The notes under the pieces were generated by a model. It worked only from the letters and a program-made list of their open reading frames with translations, had not been told where the DNA came from and did not search any database. Below, piece by piece: positions 8,459 through 18,226 of a DNA stretch of 64,000 bases (its first letter is position 1; the number at the start of each line of letters is the position of its first letter). The position numbers and the translations under genes were made by a program. This DNA comes from Candidatus Kapaibacterium sp. (GTDB lineage: Bacteria; Bacteroidota; Ignavibacteria; Kapaibacteriales; UBA2268). The stretch covers positions 1,440,001 to 1,504,000 of the forward strand of contig OY762428.1 of the NCBI GenBank assembly GCA_963665665.1, written 5' to 3'.

Positions 8459-10027
8459 TCATTTTCCAATTATAAGCCTTTTCATAGCATGCTCTCCGGA
8501 TTCGGAGCTTATTGCCACAAGGTACATTCCGGTTTTAAGATTCCCCAGGGAAACTTTGATTTCTTTTGTTCCCAGATTATATTTCGAAGGTTGGATCAGG
8601 TTTTTAATAAATTTTCCGCTTATATCATGTAGTGAAACTGTGTAAGTGTTCTCCCGGAGAACTATAAAACTGACTGTTGTTTCATTTATTGCCGGGTTAG
8701 GATATAAATTCAATTCAGCAATTGATTCTGACTGCATACGGCAAACATCAAAGAATGATTCCTGATCAGACAGCCCTTTGCAGGCGCTTTCATAAGCAAT
8801 TTCATTTTTCTTGAGTTCACTGAGTATTTTCAGTTCCTTCCTGATAGGAGCAGCGTACCTTTCAGGAATAGCATTCAGGAACTCTTCATTGGGTATGAAC
8901 CAAAGATAGCAGTCAACAGACAGGTCTTTTTCCGGATTGTCCAGAAATTCAGACGGAGGGCTACTTAATTTCACAGGAACAAGATAATTAGAGCGCAACT
9001 CGGTTCTCATAGCCTCAAGTTTAACAAATTCTTTAGTATATTTTTCCTTAATTGCCAAATTTTCCGATGCACTTCGCCCGTAGCCATCCCTCATTTCATC
9101 TAATGCATTTTCTGTTTTTGCAAGCTGCCGGTAGTATTCACTTGTTTGTTCGTCCCCGAAATGAAGCAGAGGAGAGTATATCATATTTGAATGTAATTCA
9201 ATCGACCAAAGTACTGGCGCTACCCGGGAATAATCTTTATAGTCCCATCCTGTATATTCAATATCCTTATCTCCGAATTGAGCGGTATATTTATACCTGA
9301 TTTCATCGGTATCATTGAATTTCAGCGGATTCCGAACTGAACTCAGCCTGGTTCCTTCCACATCGAATTCATCGTACTTTTTCCAGGCTATAATACTTTT
9401 GGATCGAAATAGTACCGGTTCGGTGAAAGTAGTATCATATCCGGATTTTGCCATTCGTTTCTTCCAGTATCCGCGTTTAGGGGCCAGAAACAGTTCCTCG
9501 GTTATATAAGAATACGAGTTCCCGTTAAATTCAATATTAAGATTTTTCAACTCCTCGGGATTCAATTCTAATACGCTTAGGCCGGTTATATCCTGATCGG
9601 TATCTAACCTGCTTTTTACTTCTTCATTCGCAGGTTTGGTTTGTTTAAGTTTTTCAGCATATTCTCTCGCTAATTCATCCGCAGATACAGGTTTTTTCTC
9701 AGTGGTATCAGCTAAAATATACGATTCAGAAACTACGGGTTTATTGTTGTCATTTGTTTGAATTGTCTCGGTTTTCACAGTCTCTTCAGCCTGAGATTCC
9801 GTTACTTCATTATTGTTCAAAGTATTCAACAGCATTATCGCCGGGATTAAAATTGTTAACAGCATAACATACCAATATTTTTTAAACATTTTTTTGATTT
9901 TGTTTTGTTGATGACTATCAAGCGCTTGATTGGTATCCAACAATTCATCAATATCCTCTTTCGAGTAAATATTTTCAATTTTTAAACTTTTATTAGCGGT
10001 TTTCAGGTATTTATCTATATTTTTCAT
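8459..10027 (-). CDS. Putative anti-sigma-like membrane protein with C-terminal T9SS type A sorting domain
   Basis: ~50-aa cytoplasmic N-terminus, one TM helix (YWYVMLLTILIPAIMLL), C-terminal LYPNPA...DISGK...GMYLV...KRLII. ATGA overlap with the ECF sigma gene. Confidence 0.65.
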   Translation of the reverse strand: MKNIDKYLKTANKSLKIENIYSKEDIDELLDTNQALDSHQQNKIKKMFKKYWYVMLLTILIPAIMLLNTLNNNEVTESQAEETVKTETIQTNDNNKPVVSESYILADTTEKKPVSADELAREYAEKLKQTKPANEEVKSRLDTDQDITGLSVLELNPEELKNLNIEFNGNSYSYITEELFLAPKRGYWKKRMAKSGYDTTFTEPVLFRSKSIIAWKKYDEFDVEGTRLSSVRNPLKFNDTDEIRYKYTAQFGDKDIEYTGWDYKDYSRVAPVLWSIELHSNMIYSPLLHFGDEQTSEYYRQLAKTENALDEMRDGYGRSASENLAIKEKYTKEFVKLEAMRTELRSNYLVPVKLSSPPSEFLDNPEKDLSVDCYLWFIPNEEFLNAIPERYAAPIRKELKILSELKKNEIAYESACKGLSDQESFFDVCRMQSESIAELNLYPNPAINETTVSFIVLRENTYTVSLHDISGKFIKNLIQPSKYNLGTKEIKVSLGNLKTGMYLVAISSESGEHAMKRLIIGK

Positions 10028-10590
10028 GATTCAGCCTCAATGAAATTTCCTTTTGAATTTATATTTTCAGGAATTTCCGCCCCGAGTAATTTTCTTAGTT
10101 TTGTTTTCGCCCTGTGCAATCTTACCTTTACAGCCGGAAGTGACGCCTTCTGTATTTCACATATTTCTTTAAGTTTAAAGCCGAAAATTTCATGCAGCAC
10201 TACTACTTCTCTAAGTTTTTCACTCAATTTATCCAAAGCTGCGTAAAGTATCTTTATATCTGCAAGTTTTTCGGCATTTTCTGCATTCGAAAACATTTCA
10301 TCAATAACTTCATTAGTCATACTGTAAGTCTTACTGGATTTCCGGAAATATTTTATTTTTGTCCTTCTTGCTATTGTAAGAACAAAGCTGAGGAATGATT
10401 CATGTTTTTTCAGTTTTTCGAAGTTCTCGTAAGCCTGTAGTATTGTTTCCGAGATAATATCCTTTGCGTCATCCCTGCTGCCAGAAATTGAATATGCAAA
10501 CCTTTCCAGCTTTGGATATACCCCATCCAATAATTCCATGAAGAGTTGCTTTTTGTTTTCAAAGCCTGTCATTTCAATTCCTTGTTTCAC
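10024..10590 (-). CDS. ECF RNA polymerase sigma factor
   Basis: Region 2 (DDAKDIISET...FLSFVLTIARR) and region 4 (ALDKLSEKLREVVVLHEIFGFKLKEI...VKVRLHRAK). Confidence 0.9.
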   Translation of the reverse strand: MKQGIEMTGFENKKQLFMELLDGVYPKLERFAYSISGSRDDAKDIISETILQAYENFEKLKKHESFLSFVLTIARRTKIKYFRKSSKTYSMTNEVIDEMFSNAENAEKLADIKILYAALDKLSEKLREVVVLHEIFGFKLKEICEIQKASLPAVKVRLHRAKTKLRKLLGAEIPENINSKGNFIEAES

Positions 10591-10601
10591 TTTCTGAAAG
10601 G

Positions 10602-10631
10602 GTAGTAGCCAATAGAGCCAAAAAGGTTACA
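10602..10631 (-). promoter_or_regulatory. Putative ECF-type autoregulatory promoter
   Basis: Minus strand TGTAACC-N16-CTACTAC immediately upstream of the sigma GTG start, resembling AAC-type ECF -35 elements. Confidence 0.45.
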
Positions 10632-10753
10632 TTTACTTTTTAAATATTTTTCTTCATATCCAAAATAACTAATCTGCAAACAATTAAATAATGTCTCCCG
10701 TTATTTTATCAATATTATTAATTTGCAATTATGTAAACAGATAAGGAGTAAAA

Positions 10754-11446
10754 ATGTACCTGTGCGGAACAAATATTGATGTAGAAAAAATGATTGAATT
10801 TTTAAATGGCAACAATATTGCTGATAGTGATTTTGTACACACCGGCAATTTTCTTTTCCATAGCAATACAGTCTCAAGAAAAGAACTTAGCAGCCTATGT
10901 GTTGAACGAAATATAAATATTTTCATTATTAGGGGAAGTTTAGATGATCCGGATGAATTTATTTCCGGCAGCGGACTGAATAATTTAACATTCATGCAGG
11001 ACAATACTTTCCTGAAAATTGCGGGTAAAACAGCATTTGCCTGCGGGGGCGGTATTTCACCTGATAAAGACATGTTCGGCCCAAGAAAAGACGGCGAGCG
11101 GCTGGATAAAATCTATTTCGACAAAAAAGTTTTTTCCAAATCTAAACCTGAACTGATAATTACCCATTTAGCTAACCCGATAATATATCCCGAGAGGGCA
11201 GCCTTTATAGAAGGGCTTGAGCAATTGCAGGATTCGCCCTGCGTTTGCCGCCAGCTTGAAAACGAGGCTAACTTGCAAAATATAATGTACAGGGCAGTTA
11301 AAAGACAAAAATCCGTTAAGGCATGGCTGAGCAGCGGCAATTTCGGCATAAGAGAAAAAAATGATATCCAGTATATTGGCTTGGGAGATGAAGAGATAAT
11401 GAATATAGAATTGAAAATATTTTTCAATAGAATCAATAAAAAATAA
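10754..11446 (+). CDS. Calcineurin-like metallophosphoesterase fold protein, degenerate active site
   Basis: AAGGAG RBS. Motif order HTGNF / IIRGSLD / ACGGGIS / LIITH / WLSSGNF parallels GD, GNHD, THx and GH motifs. Confidence 0.5.
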   Translation: MYLCGTNIDVEKMIEFLNGNNIADSDFVHTGNFLFHSNTVSRKELSSLCVERNINIFIIRGSLDDPDEFISGSGLNNLTFMQDNTFLKIAGKTAFACGGGISPDKDMFGPRKDGERLDKIYFDKKVFSKSKPELIITHLANPIIYPERAAFIEGLEQLQDSPCVCRQLENEANLQNIMYRAVKRQKSVKAWLSSGNFGIREKNDIQYIGLGDEEIMNIELKIFFNRINKK

Positions 11447-11573
11447 AATAATTTTTGGTTTTTAAAATAATTAATGTTAAAATTGACCATAGAATCTTGA
11501 AAAAATTAATTGCGGGGAGGTATTATTATAGAATAATATTATTAACAAAAATTTAAAGCGTTGTCTTTATAAC

Positions 11574-11695
11574 GTTCTTGATTGAAAATCGCCAATTTTC
11601 TTAATGAACGGAACGGTATTAAGGACGCGCCCCAGCTTGGGGCGTTTTCCTTTATGTTTCGTTCAAGGGTGTTTGGCGATACCTCAATCAGAGAC
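11574..11695 (+). ncRNA. Candidate structured RNA (long imperfect hairpin)
   Basis: Nested complementary arms TGATTGA/TCAATCA, ATCGCCAA/TTGGCGAT, TGAACGGAAC/GTTTCGTTCA, CGCCCCA/TGGGGCG, with G-U pairs on the + strand. Confidence 0.45.
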
Positions 11696-11740
11696 ATAAA
11701 TGTGAAAATGTCCCTTTTTCAATAATCTAAAGGTTTAAAA

Positions 11741-13573
11741 ATGTTTAAAAGAATTACTATCCTGATACTTTTTGTTTTTTCTGCTAATGTTTTATTCGCT
11801 CAATTTCCAATAAAAATTGAAGTCAATTCTGACGGATCAATATCAGAATCACCTGTTACAAAAGAAGGTGTGAAATATATTATTACAATTACGGGAACTT
11901 ATTCAATGTGGCCTCAGTTTGAAGATTGTCATGGAGCTGATGCCGGATATGTTTACGATGTACCACAGGAAGAAATCGATAATTTACGATGGCCACCTGA
12001 ATATATTGAAGTTGGTGGATTTAAAATTGAATTAGTAAAATTACCTCATTGGGTTGGTGACCCTAAAGTATGGTCTATCCCCCCTGAGGAAATTTCAACA
12101 CCAATGTTTAAAATGAGCTTTAGAGATTATAAGGGCTTTAGAATTGATGGAGAGCCAATTCCCAATACTGGATTTCAAGAATTAACTCATAGATATCAAA
12201 TTGAAAAAATTGGAACAGGAAACCCATTTATCTTCCAGATACTTGATTCTAACAGAAGTATTATCGAAGAAAGAACTGTCCCAAGGTATGAAGATAATTG
12301 TGGTTTTTTAACTATTGATATTGAAGAAGTGATTGTCAATAATGATGACGACGATGAAGAATTTGATATTTCTGTTGGAAATGTTGATTTCAGAAGAAAT
12401 AACGATGGAAAAATTGATGGCAGAAAGATTGAAGTTAGCATAGAAATCGAAGATTCTACAGAAATAGATGGTTCTAAAAACATCCTGGAAGATATCCCGA
12501 TTGACAATATTGGTATTATATATGATGGCAAAATTATTTGTGATATCGACTCAATAATTTGTAATGAAAGAACAGAACCCGTATCGATAGGTTTATTAAT
12601 CGATCGAACTGAAAGTATGGGAGGCCCTATAAGTGAAGAAGATATGACACAAAGAATGAGTGCCTCAAAAGAAGCATTAAAAAACTTTGTTGAAGTTTTA
12701 TTAGATGAAGATGAAGCTTTTGTTATGTCATTTTCTGAAGATACAAGAATGGATCAAACATGGACAAATGATAAGACACTACTAAAAGATGCAATCGACG
12801 GATTAGAACCCGACGCGCTTACTGCCGTGTGGGGAGCAATCAACACAGCTATTGATACATTATCACTAAGCGATGACCCCAATCGTTTTCTTGTTGTATT
12901 ATCAGATGGTGGTAATACATTCCCTCCAGAATGGGACGAAAGTCAAGTATTAATCAAAGCACAATCAAAAAATATCAAAATATTTATCGTTGCTTTAGGT
13001 TTTTCTCAATTGCAAATAGATCAGGATGGCAGAGCAAAGCTTGAACAGGTAGCTGAAGTTTCCGGTGGTAAAATATTCGATGTCTATAATTCTGAACAAT
13101 TAAATACTGTTTATGAAAATCTTAGCGAAGAGCTTACAACTGAAGAAGATTGTTTTATTTATTTTTCTGCTGATAGTTGTGAACCTGGAAAAGAAGGTTG
13201 GATCAGGATAATATATGCTCCTAACGACTCGACAATAGTTACTGAAGTAATTAAATACAAATGCCCTGATGAACCTAATTCTGTATTTTGGGAAATTAAA
13301 TCTGAATATAAAGATGTTGAAAATTTAAATATATTCCCTAACCCAACCGATAGTAAAATATTTATTGATTTTGATTCACAAAAAGCTGAAAATATCATTA
13401 TTAAAATTGTTGATCTGAATGGAAAAGAAATTCTGAATAGTGATTTGGGGTGGATTGATATCGGGAAAAACTCATTTGAGTTTGACGTTTCAAAGCTGGC
13501 TCAGGGAAGCTATCAAATACTTTTTATCAGCAACGAAAGTATTATCGCAAAGAAAATTCTTATAGTTAAATAA
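11741..13573 (+). CDS. Secreted VWA-domain protein with T9SS type A sorting domain
   Basis: Signal peptide, VWA MIDAS-like LLIDRTESM...T...LSDG, C-terminal IFPNPT...DLNGK...GSY...KKILIVK. Confidence 0.85.
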   Translation: MFKRITILILFVFSANVLFAQFPIKIEVNSDGSISESPVTKEGVKYIITITGTYSMWPQFEDCHGADAGYVYDVPQEEIDNLRWPPEYIEVGGFKIELVKLPHWVGDPKVWSIPPEEISTPMFKMSFRDYKGFRIDGEPIPNTGFQELTHRYQIEKIGTGNPFIFQILDSNRSIIEERTVPRYEDNCGFLTIDIEEVIVNNDDDDEEFDISVGNVDFRRNNDGKIDGRKIEVSIEIEDSTEIDGSKNILEDIPIDNIGIIYDGKIICDIDSIICNERTEPVSIGLLIDRTESMGGPISEEDMTQRMSASKEALKNFVEVLLDEDEAFVMSFSEDTRMDQTWTNDKTLLKDAIDGLEPDALTAVWGAINTAIDTLSLSDDPNRFLVVLSDGGNTFPPEWDESQVLIKAQSKNIKIFIVALGFSQLQIDQDGRAKLEQVAEVSGGKIFDVYNSEQLNTVYENLSEELTTEEDCFIYFSADSCEPGKEGWIRIIYAPNDSTIVTEVIKYKCPDEPNSVFWEIKSEYKDVENLNIFPNPTDSKIFIDFDSQKAENIIIKIVDLNGKEILNSDLGWIDIGKNSFEFDVSKLAQGSYQILFISNESIIAKKILIVK

Positions 13574-13582
13574 TCTAAAAAA

Positions 13583-13615
13583 AACCTTCCGGATGTTCAT
13601 AACATTCGGAAGGTT
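13583..13615. repeat. 33-bp palindromic REP-like element, copy 2 (may also act as terminator)
   Basis: AACCTTCCGGATGTTCATAACATTCGGAAGGTT. Confidence 0.6.
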
Positions 13616-13639
13616 AATAAAATCTGTATAATCAATCCC

Positions 13640-14068
13640 TTACTTCAGATCAACAATCAGCTCTGCATAAGCATCTTCGGTTTCGTAAACACGGAGGCAT
13701 AACCTGTGCAGGTTATCATACTTTTTAAACTCAGGAGAAAAAATATCCGCCAGATGCAGTGCAATATTTTCCGCCGTGGTGTAATCGTTAATAACGTAAT
13801 GTTTGAAGCCGTTAGCCTTAAGAAAATCTATCATCAGCTTATCGTTTTTATCACAGATAAAAGTATGATCCAGGATTTCAACCATCGGCTTAACAATTGT
13901 TTTAATAATATAATAATCCAGCACCATAGAATCATTCGTCGGCTCACCTTCAAGCTCCACCCTGATCCTATATGTATGCCCGTGGACATTTCGGCACAGG
14001 CCGTCGTGAAAAGGCAGCCTGTGGCTCATTTCCCACTGGAAATCCTTAGCAACCTTGATCATTTTCAT
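13640..14068 (-). CDS. queD: 6-carboxy-5,6,7,8-tetrahydropterin synthase
   Basis: SHRL, CRNVHGHTY, LDH, TTAEN, VYET motifs. Start at 14068 overlaps the queF stop (TAATG). Confidence 0.9.
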   Translation of the reverse strand: MKMIKVAKDFQWEMSHRLPFHDGLCRNVHGHTYRIRVELEGEPTNDSMVLDYYIIKTIVKPMVEILDHTFICDKNDKLMIDFLKANGFKHYVINDYTTAENIALHLADIFSPEFKKYDNLHRLCLRVYETEDAYAELIVDLK

Positions 14069-14415
14069 TATTTGTTTTCTTTTTTGTGAACAGCTCTTAC
14101 TGTTGAACGCATACCGCCACGGGTGCTCCACTCGGTAATAATTTCCATTTCAATCGGGTCGCAGGCTGCTACCAGGTCGTCAAGGATTACGTTTGTTACG
14201 GCCTCGTAGAAAATACCTTTATTGCGGAAATTCATAAAGTAATATTTAAGAGACTTTAACTCAAGGCATAATTCGTCCGGAACATATTTAATAAATACTG
14301 TTCCGAAATCAGGAAGTCCGGTTTTAGGGCATACTGATGTAAATTCGGGATTCGAATGTGTTATCTCGTAATATCTTCCGGGAGAAGGGTTTTCAAAAGT
14401 TTCTATTTTATCCAT
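14068..14415 (-). CDS. queF: NADPH-dependent 7-cyano-7-deazaguanine reductase
   Basis: PEFTSVCPKTGLPDF, ELKSLKYY, RGG motifs. Confidence 0.95.
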   Translation of the reverse strand: MDKIETFENPSPGRYYEITHSNPEFTSVCPKTGLPDFGTVFIKYVPDELCLELKSLKYYFMNFRNKGIFYEAVTNVILDDLVAACDPIEMEIITEWSTRGGMRSTVRAVHKKENK

Positions 14416-14547
14416 TATATTTACCTTTATTCATCATCTTTAATTTCAGGACTTCAAATTTAATATAATAATTTGAAATAATTTAATGAATTTTTTGGAA
14501 TTTCTTCTTAGTTTGGATAATTGATTTAGTCATTAAACGGATTGAAA

Positions 14548-15321
14548 ATGAAGGAAAAAGAATTACACAGCAGCGGCGACAGATATATATACGGACGAAA
14601 CGCCGTAATCGAAGCCCTGAAAGCCGGAAACGAGATAGAAAAAATTTTTGTTATTCACGGTATCAAAGGAAAAAACGTGGATCAGATATTTTCTTCCGCA
14701 AAAAGGCAGGGAATATATATATCCATACAGGACAGGCGAAAATTCGTTGTAACAGAGGAAAAAGCAGGGGCCGATAAGACTAAATCACAGGGAGTTGTTG
14801 CATTACTTAAAAATGTGAAAACAATCAGCCTTCCTGAGTTGGTAAAAATTGCTAATAATAAAGAAGACAGGCCGGTGATAATCGCTCTTGACGAGATTAC
14901 CGACCCGCAAAACCTCGGTGCTATTGCAAGAAGCGCCGAATGTTCCGGAGCAGCCGGTTTGCTGATGGCTGAAAGAAACGCGGCTCCCTTGTCTTCCGTA
15001 GCAGTAAAAGCTTCCGCCGGCGCTTTGGAACACCTACCCGTTTGCAGGGTTGGCAATCTTGCCCGCGCCTTGGAAGAATTGAAAGACAAAGGATTCTGGG
15101 TACTCGGAACCGATATGGATGCAGAAAATACCTATGACGACAATGTTTATGACCGTCCCGTGGTTATAATAATCGGCAGCGAAGGCAAAGGCATGAGGCC
15201 CGTGATCCGCAAGCAGTGCGATTATTTTATCCGCATACCGCTGCACGGTAAAATATCATCGCTGAATGCTTCTGTATCGGCAGCAATTGTACTATTCGAA
15301 ATAAGAAGGCAGAGGAAGTAA
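14548..15321 (+). CDS. rlmB: 23S rRNA (guanosine-2251-2'-O)-methyltransferase, TrmH/SpoU family
   Basis: IYGRNAVIEAL, DPQNLGAIARSA, IIGSEGKG, SLNASV. Confidence 0.92.
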   Translation: MKEKELHSSGDRYIYGRNAVIEALKAGNEIEKIFVIHGIKGKNVDQIFSSAKRQGIYISIQDRRKFVVTEEKAGADKTKSQGVVALLKNVKTISLPELVKIANNKEDRPVIIALDEITDPQNLGAIARSAECSGAAGLLMAERNAAPLSSVAVKASAGALEHLPVCRVGNLARALEELKDKGFWVLGTDMDAENTYDDNVYDRPVVIIIGSEGKGMRPVIRKQCDYFIRIPLHGKISSLNASVSAAIVLFEIRRQRK

Positions 15322-15372
15322 TATCTTTTTTTTAGGTATCATTCATTTGAAAATCAAATACACAGGAATAAA

Positions 15373-18207
15373 ATGCAGACTTTATACTTAATAGACGGAA
15401 TGTCGATTGTTTTCAGGGCTTATCATGCAATGTTCCGCTCGGGCCTGACAAATCCCGCCGGCGAGCCAACCGGAGCAATTTTCGGTTTTGTAAATATTAT
15501 CACTTCCTTGCTCGAAAGAGAAAAACCAGAAAATATTGCTGTAGTTTTCGATACACGGGAACCTACGTTCCGCCACGAAATGTTCCCGGAATACAAGGCA
15601 AACAGAGCTGAATTCCCCGAAGACCTTGGCCCGCAGCTTGAAAAGATAAAAGAATTTCTCGACCTGGTAGGAATACCGCGTGTTGAGCAGCCCGGATTCG
15701 AAGCAGATGATATTATCGGCGCTATTGCCAAAAACGCTTCCTCCAGGAATGAAAAAGTTGTCTGCATTACTAATGACAAGGATTATTATCAGCTTGTTGA
15801 TGACAATATAAAAATAATGAAACCCGCAAAAGGCGGTGAATTTGAAATTGTATCTTATGATGAAGTAAAGGAAAAGTTCGGCGTAACCCCGGATAAGGTT
15901 ATTGACGTTCAGGCATTAATAGGCGATTCTGTTGATAATATCCCCGGAGTGAAAGGCGTTGGTGAAAAAACGGCCATTCCTCTGATAGTTGAGTTCGGTT
16001 CGCTGGAAGGACTTTATGAAAATATCGAAAAAGTTGAAAAGAAGGCAGCAAAGAAAAAATTGATTGAAAATAAGGAGATGGCATTCCTATCTAAAAAACT
16101 TGTGACTATTGCAACAGATATGGAAACCGAACTGCAGCCGAAACAATGTATTATATCAACACCAAATTATGAAGGCTTAGACAAACTTTTCGCCGAAGCA
16201 GGATTTAATACGATTAGAAAAAAATGGCATAACAAAGCAGTTGAGGCCGGACTTGACACTATACCTGAAGTTGATGAAACTCCGGCAGCTGAATTAAAAA
16301 CTATTGATAATACTCCCCACGAATATATTTTTGCCGACAGCTTTGAAAAAGTAGATGATTTGATTGATGAACTCTCCGGGAGTACTCTTATATCTTTTGA
16401 TCTGGAAACAGACTCGCTCGACAGGTTAACCTGCAACATCGTAGGAATAGCGCTTGCTTCGAAAGCGGGTAAGGCATGGTATATACCTACGGATGAAATC
16501 ACTGGTAATATCGAAAAGAAAACAGAAAACGAACAATTCAGCATGTTCGATTCAAATGATAGTAACGAAGAAAGTGAAACAAGGAAGATCCGCAGGGAAA
16601 AGAGCCTCCCAATCAGTGAAGTTCTGGAAAAAATCAGACCGCTATTGGAATCTGATAAATACGGGAAATGCGGACAAAATGCCAAGTTTGACTCATTTAT
16701 ACTTCGAAGATACGGCGTTTGGGTAAAACCAATAATATTCGATTCGATGATCGCTGCTAATCTTATTAACCCTGAAGGCAAGCATGACATGGATACCCTG
16801 GCGGAGATACATCTGAATTATAAACCTGTACCGATCAGCTCGCTTATCGGCGAGAAAAAATCCAACCAGCTTTCCATGGGCGACCTTGACCCGGAAAGTA
16901 TATCGGATTATGCATGCGAAGACGCTGATATAACATTACAGCTTTGCCAGATACTAAAGCAAAAGCTTGAAAACGAAGGAATGCTGGAACTCGCCGAAAA
17001 AATTGAGTTCCCTTTGATAGAAGTCCTTACAACAATGGAAATAAACGGTATAGCCATTGACGAGAACTCACTTAAAGAATTGACCGATAAAATTAAAATT
17101 GAAACAGTAAACCTCGTTAAAAAAATTCACGAGGAAGCCGGCACTGAATTCAATGTGGATTCGCCAAAACAACTCGGCCACATATTATTCGAAAAACTGA
17201 TGATTCCACCGATTAAGAAAACTAAAACCGGCTACAGCACAGATGTTCAGGTGCTAACCAAACTTGCAGATACCTGGCCGATAGCAGATTATATCCTGGA
17301 ATACCGGCAGTTGGCAAAGCTGAAATCCACCTATACTGAATCACTGCCGAAACTGGTTGATAAAAAAACCGGCAGGATACATACAAGCTATAACCAGGCA
17401 GTTACAAGCACCGGAAGATTGTCATCCACTGATCCTAACCTTCAGAATATTCCAATTCGTTCAGAACTTGGCAAGGAAGTCCGGAAGGCATTTATTCCGT
17501 CGAATGATGATTGCACAATTTTGGCCGCTGACTATTCTCAGGTAGAATTGAGGATTATGGCTCATATCTGCAAGGACGAGCACATGGTACAGGGTTTTCG
17601 TGAAGGCCTGGACGTACATTCGGCAACATCAGCCGTATTGTTCGACGTGCCTATTGAAGAAGTTGATCAGGATATGAGAAGAATTGCAAAGACTGTTAAT
17701 TTCGGGATAATGTACGGGCTTGGAGCATTCGGGCTATCCCAGAGGCTGAATATTCCCCGAAAAAAATCTTCGGAGATTATCGAAAATTACTTCAAAAAAT
17801 ATCCCGGAATAAAAAAATATATTGATATAACCATTGAAAATGCCAAAGAGAAGGGATATGCCGAAACATTATGCGGCAGAAGAAGGTATTTCCCGGAAAT
17901 CAAATCAAAAAATGCCAATGTTAGACGAGGAGCCGAAAGGGCTGCTATCAACATGCCGATTCAAGGTACTGCATCGGATATGATGAAAATAGCTATGATA
18001 GCAGTTCATAAAGAAATGATCAATAGGCAGTTTAAATCAAAAATGATGCTACAGGTTCATGATGAGTTGGTTTTCGAAGCTAAAAAAGAAGAACTGGAAG
18101 AATTGAAATCGATGGTAATAGAAAAAATGCAGGAAGCCCTGAGCCTTGGGGATGTACCAGTAAAAGTTGACGCCGGTATCGGCGCCAACTGGTTTGAGGC
18201 TCATTGA
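15373..18207 (+). CDS. polA: DNA polymerase I
   Basis: 5'-3' exonuclease (LIDG, EADD), 3'-5' exonuclease (FDLET), polymerase motifs (TGRLSSTDPNLQNIP, DYSQVELR, KTVNFGIMYG, QVHDEL). Confidence 0.98.
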   Translation: MQTLYLIDGMSIVFRAYHAMFRSGLTNPAGEPTGAIFGFVNIITSLLEREKPENIAVVFDTREPTFRHEMFPEYKANRAEFPEDLGPQLEKIKEFLDLVGIPRVEQPGFEADDIIGAIAKNASSRNEKVVCITNDKDYYQLVDDNIKIMKPAKGGEFEIVSYDEVKEKFGVTPDKVIDVQALIGDSVDNIPGVKGVGEKTAIPLIVEFGSLEGLYENIEKVEKKAAKKKLIENKEMAFLSKKLVTIATDMETELQPKQCIISTPNYEGLDKLFAEAGFNTIRKKWHNKAVEAGLDTIPEVDETPAAELKTIDNTPHEYIFADSFEKVDDLIDELSGSTLISFDLETDSLDRLTCNIVGIALASKAGKAWYIPTDEITGNIEKKTENEQFSMFDSNDSNEESETRKIRREKSLPISEVLEKIRPLLESDKYGKCGQNAKFDSFILRRYGVWVKPIIFDSMIAANLINPEGKHDMDTLAEIHLNYKPVPISSLIGEKKSNQLSMGDLDPESISDYACEDADITLQLCQILKQKLENEGMLELAEKIEFPLIEVLTTMEINGIAIDENSLKELTDKIKIETVNLVKKIHEEAGTEFNVDSPKQLGHILFEKLMIPPIKKTKTGYSTDVQVLTKLADTWPIADYILEYRQLAKLKSTYTESLPKLVDKKTGRIHTSYNQAVTSTGRLSSTDPNLQNIPIRSELGKEVRKAFIPSNDDCTILAADYSQVELRIMAHICKDEHMVQGFREGLDVHSATSAVLFDVPIEEVDQDMRRIAKTVNFGIMYGLGAFGLSQRLNIPRKKSSEIIENYFKKYPGIKKYIDITIENAKEKGYAETLCGRRRYFPEIKSKNANVRRGAERAAINMPIQGTASDMMKIAMIAVHKEMINRQFKSKMMLQVHDELVFEAKKEELEELKSMVIEKMQEALSLGDVPVKVDAGIGANWFEAH

Positions 18208-18226
18208 TCGTAATACTATTTCACTT

